A stretch of 41,001 nucleotides of DNA from a virus, in the IMG/VR virus record IMGVR_UViG_3300022837_000003, one strand, 5' to 3'. How positions within the stretch are numbered: the stretch's first letter is position 1; every line of letters starts with the position of its first letter. Under the pieces are notes generated by a model. It did no database searches. It was not told where the DNA came from and was given only the letters and a program-made list of their open reading frames with translations. The position numbers were made by a program, and so were the translations under genes. Positions 21,979 through 29,821 of the stretch are shown here, piece by piece.

Positions 21979-23733
21979 ATGGATTATAGCAGAGACACAT
22001 ATTTAACAGAGGCAGGACTCAGAATATTAAAAGACCGTTACTTGACTGACAAAGAGCAAAGCCCTCAAGAAGCTTTCTATAGAGTTGCAAAAGTATTTTC
22101 TGATGATTCTGAAATGGCTGAAAGAATTTATAATTATGTGTCTAAGTTATGGTTTATGTTTTCTACACCTATATTAACTAATGGCGGTACTAAAAAAGGA
22201 ATGCCAATTTCTTGCTTTCTTAATTATGTCGCTGACAGTAGAGAAGGTTTAACAAATCATTACACAGAAAATGCATACTTAGCGTCTGTTGGCGGAGGTA
22301 TCGGAGGATATTGGGGCCATATAAGAAGTGATGGTACTGGTACATCAGGTGGCTCACAATCATCAGGGACAATACCTTTTATGCATGTAGTGGATAGTGA
22401 AATGTTAGCATTCTCTCAAGGAAAAACTAGAAGAGGAAGTTATGCAACATACCAAGATATATCTCATCCCGAAATTGAAGAATTTCTGGAGTTACGTAAA
22501 CCTAGTGGTGGTGACATTCACAGGAAGTGTCTTAATCTGCACCACGGGATTAATATTTCTGATAAATTTATGTCTATTATCAATCAGTGTACTATTAATC
22601 CTAGTGCTAACGATGATTGGGAACTTATTGACCCCCATACAGACAAAACTGTTAGAACAGTCTCCGCTAAACGATTGTGGCAAAAAATTCTTGAGACTAG
22701 GGTTGCCACTGGTGAGCCTTACCTCTCTTTTATTGACACAATACAAAAGCATTTGCCACTCAGTCAAAAGAAACTTGGATTAAAAGTTCATCACTCAAAT
22801 TTATGTAGTGAAATAACATTAGCAACCAGTGAAGAACGTACAGCAGTGTGTTGTTTGTCTTCTCTTAACTTAGAAAAATATGATGAATGGAAAGATGACT
22901 CTAAATTTATACCTGACGTGGTTAGGTTCCTTGATAATGTATTGGAGTATTTTATTAATAATTCTCCTGACAGCCTTAGTAGGGCTAAGTATTCTGCTAT
23001 GCGTGAGCGTAGTATTGGACTTGGTGCAATGGGTTTTCACTCTTATCTACAAAGTAAAAGTATACCTTTTGCGAGCGCTATAGCTAAAGGAATTAACAGA
23101 ACAATTTTTGCGAAAATTAAGGAAGAAGCTTTAGAGACTTCTAAAGTTCTTGCAGAAGAAAGAGGTGAGGCTCCTGACATGGTAGGCACTGGTTTAAGAT
23201 TTGCTCATATATTGGCTGTGGCCCCTAACGCAAGTAGTAGTATTATTTGTGGAGGAACAAGTCCATCAATAGAACCTTTACGTGCTAATGCTTACACTCA
23301 AAAAACTATGAGTGGTACTCACTTCATGCGTAATAAGTTTTTAGAAAAGCTTTTAAAAGAAAAAGAAATAAACACAGATGCAACTTGGAAAAGCATTATT
23401 GCTAACAGAGGTTCAGTAAGACATTTAGAACAATTAAATGATTGGGAAAAAGATGTATTTGCAACAGCTATAGAAATAGACCAACGTTGGATTATAGACT
23501 TAGCTGCAGATAGGCAAAAGTACATTTGTCAATCACAAAGTCTGAATATATTTGTACCTTCGGATGTTAACATTAAAGATTTACATTTATTACACCTAAC
23601 TGCTTGGCAGAAAGGTATTAAGACTCTTTACTATTGTCGTTCAGAAGCAATCAAAAGAGCAGAAATAATATCAACAAAAATAGAGAGGATTGTAAGACCA
23701 GATGGTGATTCTAATTGTCTTGCTTGTGAATAA
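21979..23733 (+). CDS. nrdA: Ribonucleotide reductase large (alpha) subunit, short form without ATP-cone (584 aa)
   Basis: Motifs are HSNLCSEI (active-site Cys), SIGLGAMGFHSYL and a C-terminal Cys pair (SNCLACE). It is paired with a ferritin-like beta subunit downstream. Confidence 0.85.
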   Translation: MDYSRDTYLTEAGLRILKDRYLTDKEQSPQEAFYRVAKVFSDDSEMAERIYNYVSKLWFMFSTPILTNGGTKKGMPISCFLNYVADSREGLTNHYTENAYLASVGGGIGGYWGHIRSDGTGTSGGSQSSGTIPFMHVVDSEMLAFSQGKTRRGSYATYQDISHPEIEEFLELRKPSGGDIHRKCLNLHHGINISDKFMSIINQCTINPSANDDWELIDPHTDKTVRTVSAKRLWQKILETRVATGEPYLSFIDTIQKHLPLSQKKLGLKVHHSNLCSEITLATSEERTAVCCLSSLNLEKYDEWKDDSKFIPDVVRFLDNVLEYFINNSPDSLSRAKYSAMRERSIGLGAMGFHSYLQSKSIPFASAIAKGINRTIFAKIKEEALETSKVLAEERGEAPDMVGTGLRFAHILAVAPNASSSIICGGTSPSIEPLRANAYTQKTMSGTHFMRNKFLEKLLKEKEINTDATWKSIIANRGSVRHLEQLNDWEKDVFATAIEIDQRWIIDLAADRQKYICQSQSLNIFVPSDVNIKDLHLLHLTAWQKGIKTLYYCRSEAIKRAEIISTKIERIVRPDGDSNCLACE

Positions 23734-23735
23734 TT

Positions 23736-23870
23736 ATGGCAAAACAAAACTTTAAACAATTTGTACTAAGGGAAAAACCTAAAAAAAGAATAGGGGTACA
23801 TTCAAAAAGTCCTAACAAGAAAACTAAATTACAACATAACAAGAAATACAACAGACAAGGCAGAACATGA
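23736..23870 (+). CDS. Micro-ORF (44 aa), extremely basic
   Basis: Starts 2 nt after the nrdA stop and ends in an ATGA overlap with the next ORF. Sequence: MAKQNFKQFVLREKPKKRIGVHSKSPNKKTKLQHNKKYNRQGRT. Confidence 0.35.
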   Translation: MAKQNFKQFVLREKPKKRIGVHSKSPNKKTKLQHNKKYNRQGRT

Positions 23871-24043
23871 CATACAGTGGACTATTTGAAAACACAGAAA
23901 CGAAACCCCGCAAAAAACGGGCTAAAAATTTTAAGCGTCCTAAGACATTGGGAGTACTCTGGCATGTGTACCACACAGTGCTAGCCGTAGAATTAGGATT
24001 AATATTAATTATAGAATTTATAGAATTGATGAGGGGAATATGA
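23867..24043 (+). CDS. Micro-ORF (58 aa), basic N-terminus and C-terminal TM helix
   Basis: ATGA overlaps at both ends (23867-23870 and 24040-24043). The hydrophobic segment is VLAVELGLILIIEFI. Confidence 0.35.
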   Translation: MTYSGLFENTETKPRKKRAKNFKRPKTLGVLWHVYHTVLAVELGLILIIEFIELMRGI

Positions 24044-24990
24044 GTTTATTAAAAGGAAGAACACACTACAAACCATTTGATTATCCATGGGCTTTTGAAG
24101 CTTATGATATACAACAAAAAATGCACTGGTTACCTAGTGAAGTTCCTTTAGCGGAAGATGTTAGAGACTGGAATGAAAGATTAAGTACTAAAGAAAAAAA
24201 CCTTATCTCCCAAATATTAAAATTTTTTACTCAAGGGGATGTGGATATAGCACAAGCTTATCTTGATAACTATATTCCAAAGTTTAAAGCACCTGAAGTT
24301 AGGATGATGTTGTCTGCAATTGCAACTAGTGAAGCAAACCACGTCCATTCTTATTCATTACTTAATGATACCATAGGCTTACACGATAGTGAGTACCAAG
24401 CTTTTCAAGAATACAAAGCAATGTCTAATAAACATACCTATTTATTTAAAGATAAAGGTACAGGTATCGAAGGGATGGCCCGTGAGTTAGCTGTCTTTTC
24501 TGCATTTGGTGAGGGCCTACAGTTGTTTGCTTCTTTTATAATGCTGCTTAACTTTCAACGCTTCGGCAAAATGAAAGGCATGTGCCAAATAGTTACCTGG
24601 TCTATTCGAGACGAAAGTCACCACGTAGAGAACATGATAAAACTATTTCATACATTAATTGATGAAAATAAAAATGTTTGGAATGATGATTTTAAAGGCA
24701 CTCTTTACCAAACTTGTAGAGACATGGTTGAACTTGAAGATAAATTTATAGATTTAGCTTTTAACTTAGGAGAAGTTCAGGGCCTTAAAGCTGATGATGT
24801 TAAATTATATATTAGGCATATTGCTGACAGAAGACTGTTACAACTAGGCTTAAAACCTAATTATAATCAAAAAACAAACCCCTTACCTTGGCTAGATTGG
24901 GTGTTAAATGGCGTAGAACATACTAATTTCTTTGAAAACAGAGCAACAGAGTATGGAAAAGGAAACTTAACAGGGGACTTATGGTCATAA
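24040..24990 (+). CDS. nrdB: Ribonucleotide reductase small (beta) subunit, ferritin-like (316 aa)
   Basis: Two E-x-x-H metal motifs (SEANHVHSY and RDESHHV) and the right length for class I beta. Confidence 0.85.
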   Translation: MSLLKGRTHYKPFDYPWAFEAYDIQQKMHWLPSEVPLAEDVRDWNERLSTKEKNLISQILKFFTQGDVDIAQAYLDNYIPKFKAPEVRMMLSAIATSEANHVHSYSLLNDTIGLHDSEYQAFQEYKAMSNKHTYLFKDKGTGIEGMARELAVFSAFGEGLQLFASFIMLLNFQRFGKMKGMCQIVTWSIRDESHHVENMIKLFHTLIDENKNVWNDDFKGTLYQTCRDMVELEDKFIDLAFNLGEVQGLKADDVKLYIRHIADRRLLQLGLKPNYNQKTNPLPWLDWVLNGVEHTNFFENRATEYGKGNLTGDLWS

Positions 24991-24992
24991 TT

Positions 24993-25010
24993 AGACCCCG
25001 TATTAGAAGG
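24993..25010 (+). promoter_or_regulatory. Putative phage-RNAP promoter, copy 4 (start of the structural module, T7 phi6.5-like position)
   Basis: AGACCCCGTATTAGAAGG begins 3 nt after the nrdB stop. Confidence 0.45.
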
Positions 25011-25018
25011 AAAACACT

Positions 25019-25219
25019 ATGGACGACTTAAAAGATATTCAATTACCTTATACTGTGGAAGAGCTTATTAAAGTTTTAGATAAGATTTATCCAGAAAAAG
25101 CACCTGAGTTAAAAGACAATGAGAAAACTGTCTGGTTTAAAGCAGGGCAAAGAAGTGTGGTTAATTGGCTTACAGATTTAAAACAAAGAAGTGAAAACAA
25201 TTTATTAGGAGAAGATTAA
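25019..25219 (+). CDS. Hypothetical protein (66 aa)
   Basis: Leader GAAGGAAAACACT-ATG. No recognisable motif. Confidence 0.55.
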   Translation: MDDLKDIQLPYTVEELIKVLDKIYPEKAPELKDNEKTVWFKAGQRSVVNWLTDLKQRSENNLLGED

Positions 25220-25221
25220 TT

Positions 25222-25419
25222 ATGTGTATGGGAAAAGCTATGCAAGCCCCTCAACAAATGGTGAGGAAAGACCCTACGATAGATTTTAATAATGGAAACA
25301 TTTTAGACCCTAAAGCTTCTCCAGTAGAAATTGACAAGACACCTGTGATTGCAACAAAAAAAGTAAAAAACACAATATCAAGTCAATCATCTGGTTTAAA
25401 TATAACAACAGACTATTAA
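25222..25419 (+). CDS. gp6.7-like small virion protein, paralog 1 (65 aa)
   Basis: Starts MCMGK. As I recall, T7 gp6.7 starts MCFSPK and sits at the same position upstream of the portal. Low-complexity basic/polar tail. Confidence 0.5.
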   Translation: MCMGKAMQAPQQMVRKDPTIDFNNGNILDPKASPVEIDKTPVIATKKVKNTISSQSSGLNITTDY

Positions 25420-25434
25420 CAAAAGGAAACAACT

Positions 25435-25647
25435 ATGTGTATGGGAAAACCGCCTGAAGTACAACAGCAAGAAACAATTACCCCAGTTAGAAATGCAATG
25501 TCATCAGGTGATGAACTTGCGCCTACTATTGAATTGGCTTCTGAAGATTCTTTAGAGATTGCTAAGAAAAAGAAATCTAAAAAGGGTACTGCTGCAATGC
25601 AAACAGATTTAAATATCGCAAATACTAGTACTAGCGTAACACCATAA
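25435..25647 (+). CDS. gp6.7-like small virion protein, paralog 2 (70 aa)
   Basis: Also starts MCMGK, and the first 14 nt (ATGTGTATGGGAAA) are identical to 25222-25235. It has a KKKKSKK tract. Confidence 0.5.
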   Translation: MCMGKPPEVQQQETITPVRNAMSSGDELAPTIELASEDSLEIAKKKKSKKGTAAMQTDLNIANTSTSVTP

Positions 25648-25650
25648 TAA

Positions 25651-27225
25651 ATGTCTAAAAACGACATTGGTATGAACGTTCAAGATACAGCGGAAAGCCG
25701 ATACGAATCTTTAAGCGAAACTAAAAATCATTACCTCGATAGAGCTCGTGAGTGTAGTGAGTTAACTATCCCAACATTAATTCCTGAAAATTATCAAACA
25801 CATTCAAGTAACTTTTATAGTCCCTTCCAATCAGTAGGTAGTAGAGGCGTTAACAATCTTGCCTCAAAACTACTCCTTTTATTACTCCCACCAAACCAAC
25901 CTTTCTTTAGACTAGCGATACAAGGCAAAGCTAAAGAACAAATAGACCAACAACCAGAATTAAAAACTTCAGTAGAAAAAGCTTTATCTCAAATTGAACG
26001 TGAAGTGATGGGTAAAATTGAAACACTAGCATTACGTGTTCCGACATTTGAATTAATTAAACATCTTATTGTAGGCGGAAATGCTTTAGCTCATATACCT
26101 AAAAAAGGTAACATGAGAGTTTATGGTTTAAATCAATATGTATGTAAAAGAGACGGTGAAGGTAATTTATTAGAAATAGTTATTAAAGAAAGTGTTTCTA
26201 TTTTAGCTTTAGACAATGAAGTTAGAGAACAAGTTCTATCAATGATGTCTAAAGAAAAAATAAATTCAGAAACTAACGTTGATTTATACACACATGTTTA
26301 TAGGCTTGACGATGGTAAATTTTATGTATGCCAAGAAACAAAAGGAATTAAAATCCCTTCATCTATTGGTACATACAATTCAGATAAATTACCTTGGTTA
26401 GCTTTAAGAATGGTTAGAGTGGACGGTGAGGATTATGGACGTAGTTACGTTGAAGAGTACATTGGAGATTTAAAATCTCTTGAAGGATTATCACAATCTT
26501 TAGTCGAGTCTTCTGCTGCCAGTGCAAAAATGATTTTCATGGTAAGACCAAACTCAACTACTAAGAAAAGAGATATAGCTACAGCACGTAATGGTGACAT
26601 TATATCTGGAAGTGGGGATGATGTATCAGTGTTACAGGCAAACAAATTTTATGATTTACAAACTGTAGAGAAAGCTATCTCAAGATTAGAAGAAAGATTA
26701 GCTTATGCATTTTTATTAAATACAGCCATACAAAGACAGGCTGAACGTGTAACTGCTCAAGAGATTAGATACATGGCAAACGAATTAGAAACTGCAATGG
26801 GTGGTATATATTCTTTATTATCTCAAGAATTACAATTACCTCTAGTGCAATTACTAATGGATAGGATGGGAAGTCAAAATGAAATTCCTAAACTACCTAA
26901 AGGCTCAGTAAGACCTACAATCATTACAGGTGTAGAAGCACTTGGACGTGGTAATGACTTACAAAAATTAAGAGAGTTTGTAGCAGAGATAGGTCAGCTT
27001 GCACAAATCAATCCTCAAATAGTTCAACTAATAAATCCACAAGATTTAATTACTAGACTAGCTACAGGACTTGGCATTGACACTGAGGGATTATTAAAAT
27101 CTCAAGAACAATTACAAGCTGAACAAGAAGCTGCAATACAACAACAACAAATGCAACAAATGCAGGATACCGCTCAAGATGTGGCTCCTAAAGTTGCAGA
27201 CAACATGACAAAACCGCAAGGATAA
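25651..27225 (+). CDS. Portal (head-tail connector) protein, T7 gp8-like (524 aa)
   Basis: Supported by size, position and the family block YSLLSQELQLPLVQLLM...IPKLPKG...TGVEALGRGNDLQKL. The C-terminus is Q-rich. Confidence 0.9.
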   Translation: MSKNDIGMNVQDTAESRYESLSETKNHYLDRARECSELTIPTLIPENYQTHSSNFYSPFQSVGSRGVNNLASKLLLLLLPPNQPFFRLAIQGKAKEQIDQQPELKTSVEKALSQIEREVMGKIETLALRVPTFELIKHLIVGGNALAHIPKKGNMRVYGLNQYVCKRDGEGNLLEIVIKESVSILALDNEVREQVLSMMSKEKINSETNVDLYTHVYRLDDGKFYVCQETKGIKIPSSIGTYNSDKLPWLALRMVRVDGEDYGRSYVEEYIGDLKSLEGLSQSLVESSAASAKMIFMVRPNSTTKKRDIATARNGDIISGSGDDVSVLQANKFYDLQTVEKAISRLEERLAYAFLLNTAIQRQAERVTAQEIRYMANELETAMGGIYSLLSQELQLPLVQLLMDRMGSQNEIPKLPKGSVRPTIITGVEALGRGNDLQKLREFVAEIGQLAQINPQIVQLINPQDLITRLATGLGIDTEGLLKSQEQLQAEQEAAIQQQQMQQMQDTAQDVAPKVADNMTKPQG

Positions 27226-27229
27226 AACA

Positions 27230-27997
27230 ATGGCAGAACTAGAAAGGGTTACTATACAACCCACAGAAATAGAAGAACCTAAACCAACCTTAAAAACAGA
27301 CGCTCCAGGTCAAACTGAGAGACCTGAATGGTTGCCTGAAAAATTTCAATCCGCTCAAGACTTAGCGAAAGCTTATGGTGAATTGGAAAGTAAACTAGGA
27401 GAGCCAGATAATGGCAAGACTAATGAAACTAAGCCTACTACAGATAAAATAGAAAAAGATGATTTATCTATTAACAAAGATGCAGAAAAAGCTGTTAAAG
27501 ACGCAGGGCTTAATTTAAATACGTTACAAGAAGAGTATAATGAAGGTGGAGAATTAAACGAAAAATCTTATGCGGCTTTAGAAAAAGCAGGCATACCTAA
27601 AGATTACGTTGACGCTTTTATTAAAGGCCAAGAAGCAATCGCAACACAAACTTCTAATGCTTTAAAACAAGAAGTAGGTGGTGCAGAGCCTTATAATAAT
27701 ATGATGTCTTGGGCTGCAGATAATTTAAACGAAGCAGAAATAAATTCTTTTAACAAAACTGTTAATGGAAAAGATATGGAAGCTACACGTTTGGCAATCC
27801 AAGGTCTTAATGCACGTTTCAAGAATAATGTAGGAGACGACCCTTCATTACAATCTGCAAATAAATCTAACTCAGCCAACGCAATGGGATACAGGTCTTG
27901 GGCCGAAGTCACTGCTGCAATGAATGATGATAGATATTCAAAAGACGAAGCCTATAGAGGGGACGTTCAAGCGAAACTAAAAAACAGCAGATTATAA
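27230..27997 (+). CDS. Scaffolding protein, T7 gp9-like (255 aa)
   Basis: An acidic helical protein lying between the portal and capsid genes. Confidence 0.7.
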   Translation: MAELERVTIQPTEIEEPKPTLKTDAPGQTERPEWLPEKFQSAQDLAKAYGELESKLGEPDNGKTNETKPTTDKIEKDDLSINKDAEKAVKDAGLNLNTLQEEYNEGGELNEKSYAALEKAGIPKDYVDAFIKGQEAIATQTSNALKQEVGGAEPYNNMMSWAADNLNEAEINSFNKTVNGKDMEATRLAIQGLNARFKNNVGDDPSLQSANKSNSANAMGYRSWAEVTAAMNDDRYSKDEAYRGDVQAKLKNSRL

Positions 27998-28143
27998 AAT
28001 AGTTGTGCAACCTAACTAGGTGGCAACTGCTAACACAATCAAGTCAACAAAAGAGACCTTCCCGAGGGGAGACAATCTTGATTATGAAAACTGAATGTGA
28101 AGGCTTTCTTAAACAATAACACTTAAACAAAGGAAACAATAAT

Positions 28144-29127
28144 ATGACAGCAACACCTGTTTCCATTGGAAAAGTTAATGCTTCTGGTTCAGAAGACGCA
28201 TTGTTCCTGAAAGTTTTTTCTGGTGAAGTACTTACTTCATTCGAAAGAGCATCAGTAACAGCGGGCCAAGAACAAGTTAGAAGCATTGCAAGCGGTAAGT
28301 CAAGTACCTTCCCCGTGATGGGCAGAATTTCTGCAGAATATCACGTGCCAGGTGCCGAAATTACTGGTTCCGATGTAAACCACAACGAAAAAGTAATAAC
28401 AATAAACGACCTATTAATCTCCCATGTATTTTTAAGCAATCTAGAAGAAGCTAAGAATCATTGGTCGGTTAGAAGTGCATACAGTTCAGAAATTGGAAGA
28501 GCTTTGGCTTTCCAAAAAGACACGCATGTACTTCAAACAATAGGTATAGCGGCTAAAACTGCGACAGCGAACGTTGGTGATACTAGTTACCCTACAGGTA
28601 CTACTATTACTAATGCTTCAATTGCGTCAGCAACAGCAGCAACAGCAGCAAATGCAATGATTGATTCATTGTTTGATGCAGCTAAACAACTGGATGCTAA
28701 CTACGTTCCAAGAGAAGGTAGAAAAGCATTTATCAGACTAGAAGAATACTACAAATTAGCAAACGCTACTAATGCAGTCAACGTTGACTTCACAGGTGGT
28801 GCTAATGGTGGACTTGCGTCTGGTAGAGTAATGAAAATTGCAGGAATAGAATTAGTACCTACTCCTCAATTTGTTGCTTCAAATGTTACAACAGTACCTG
28901 GTAAAGGTTCTGCAACACAAGGTGGTTCTTTCCCACAACTAGTAAACATGACAAATGCAGTTTGTTTAGTTTCACACCCAACAGCCGTTGGAACTGTAAA
29001 ACTTTTAGATTTGCAAACTGAAATGGAATACGATGTTAGAAGACAAGGAACATTAATGGTTGCTAAATATGCAATGGGTCACGGAGTTTTAAGGCCTGAG
29101 GCAGCAATAGTAATTGACGAAGCGTAA
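28144..29127 (+). CDS. Major capsid protein, T7 gp10-like (327 aa)
   Basis: Blocks matching T7 gp10 are ALFLKVFSGEVLTSF, VRSIASGKSSTFPVMGR, EKVITINDLL, AVGTVKLLDL and VAKYAMGHGVLRPEAA. Confidence 0.92.
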   Translation: MTATPVSIGKVNASGSEDALFLKVFSGEVLTSFERASVTAGQEQVRSIASGKSSTFPVMGRISAEYHVPGAEITGSDVNHNEKVITINDLLISHVFLSNLEEAKNHWSVRSAYSSEIGRALAFQKDTHVLQTIGIAAKTATANVGDTSYPTGTTITNASIASATAATAANAMIDSLFDAAKQLDANYVPREGRKAFIRLEEYYKLANATNAVNVDFTGGANGGLASGRVMKIAGIELVPTPQFVASNVTTVPGKGSATQGGSFPQLVNMTNAVCLVSHPTAVGTVKLLDLQTEMEYDVRRQGTLMVAKYAMGHGVLRPEAAIVIDEA

Positions 29128-29147
29128 TTAATTTTACGTTACTTAAA

Positions 29148-29180
29148 GAGGGGGACACTGCCGAGAGGTACTTCCCCCTC
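29148..29180 (+). terminator. GC-rich hairpin after the capsid gene (T-phi-like position)
   Basis: GAGGGGGA-(17 nt)-TCCCCCTC, 21 nt after the capsid stop. No U-tract follows. Confidence 0.4.
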
Positions 29181-29206
29181 GACTTAATCAAAAATTTATA
29201 AAAACT

Positions 29207-29818
29207 ATGACTACACAAATATCTACAACAACTGAATTACAAGCAATAAACACAATGCTAAGTTTTATCGGTGAAAGCCCAGTATCAAGTATAACTGGAA
29301 ACATTGGTACAGACGTTGCAGTCGCTAAAAATATTTTAGATGAAACTTCTATGAGTGTACAGTCACAAGGATGGTTCTTTAATAGAGAATTAAATATAAC
29401 AGCTTCAAGAGATACAGCTAATAAAGTACCTTTAGAAGTCAACTGTGTTCAAGTAGAAGCTTCGGCTCCTTATCAATATGTTTATCAATACACTACTAGA
29501 AACCAATACTTATACGATTTAAAAAACAAAACAGATGTTTTTACTTATGACCCTATGGTGGACAAAGTATTAGTACAACAGTTTGAACACACACCTGAGT
29601 ATGCAAGAAGATACATTGTAGTTAAAGCTGCAAGAAGATTTGCAGCAAGATATGTAGGCGCAACAGAATTAATTAAACTAGCACAATTAGATGAACAAGA
29701 AGCTCATATGGCTTTTGAACAAGCAGACTCCAGAGCAATGGACGCTAACATGATTAATGATGATTATGCTACTAGTTACATTGCTAATAGAGGGCCTAGA
29801 AGGTCAAGCAGAAACTAA
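29207..29818 (+). CDS. Tail tubular protein A, T7 gp11-like (203 aa)
   Basis: TTELQAINTMLSFIGESPVSS...SQGWFFN...RRYIVVKAARRFAARYVG parallels T7 gp11. Confidence 0.88.
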   Translation: MTTQISTTTELQAINTMLSFIGESPVSSITGNIGTDVAVAKNILDETSMSVQSQGWFFNRELNITASRDTANKVPLEVNCVQVEASAPYQYVYQYTTRNQYLYDLKNKTDVFTYDPMVDKVLVQQFEHTPEYARRYIVVKAARRFAARYVGATELIKLAQLDEQEAHMAFEQADSRAMDANMINDDYATSYIANRGPRRSSRN

Positions 29819-29821
29819 TTT

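Noticed and set aside
22442-23525. Alternative-frame and antisense ORFs inside the RNR alpha gene (22442-22783 +, 22492-22767 -, 22880-23083 +, 23319-23525 -)
   Set aside because: They are embedded in a continuous ORF with clear RNR motifs, and their translations are hydrophobic and low-complexity, as is typical of off-frame AT-rich DNA. The same reasoning applies to other internal or antisense track ORFs, e.g. 2898-3158, 14041-14277, 15101-15295, 17795-17992, 19390-19689, 26445-26645, 34893-35156 and 37073-37378.
18935-23733. Introns, inteins or homing endonucleases interrupting DNA polymerase or RNR genes
   Set aside because: Both ORFs are continuous, their conserved motifs appear in normal order and spacing, and no extra domain-sized insertion or free-standing HNH/GIY-YIG/LAGLIDADG ORF is visible.
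27998-28143. A phage promoter or structured element in the 146-nt scaffold-capsid spacer
   Set aside because: I found no copy of the TATTAGAA motif and only imperfect hairpins (e.g. GTTGTGCAACC...GGTGGCAAC). There is not enough evidence to call a feature.
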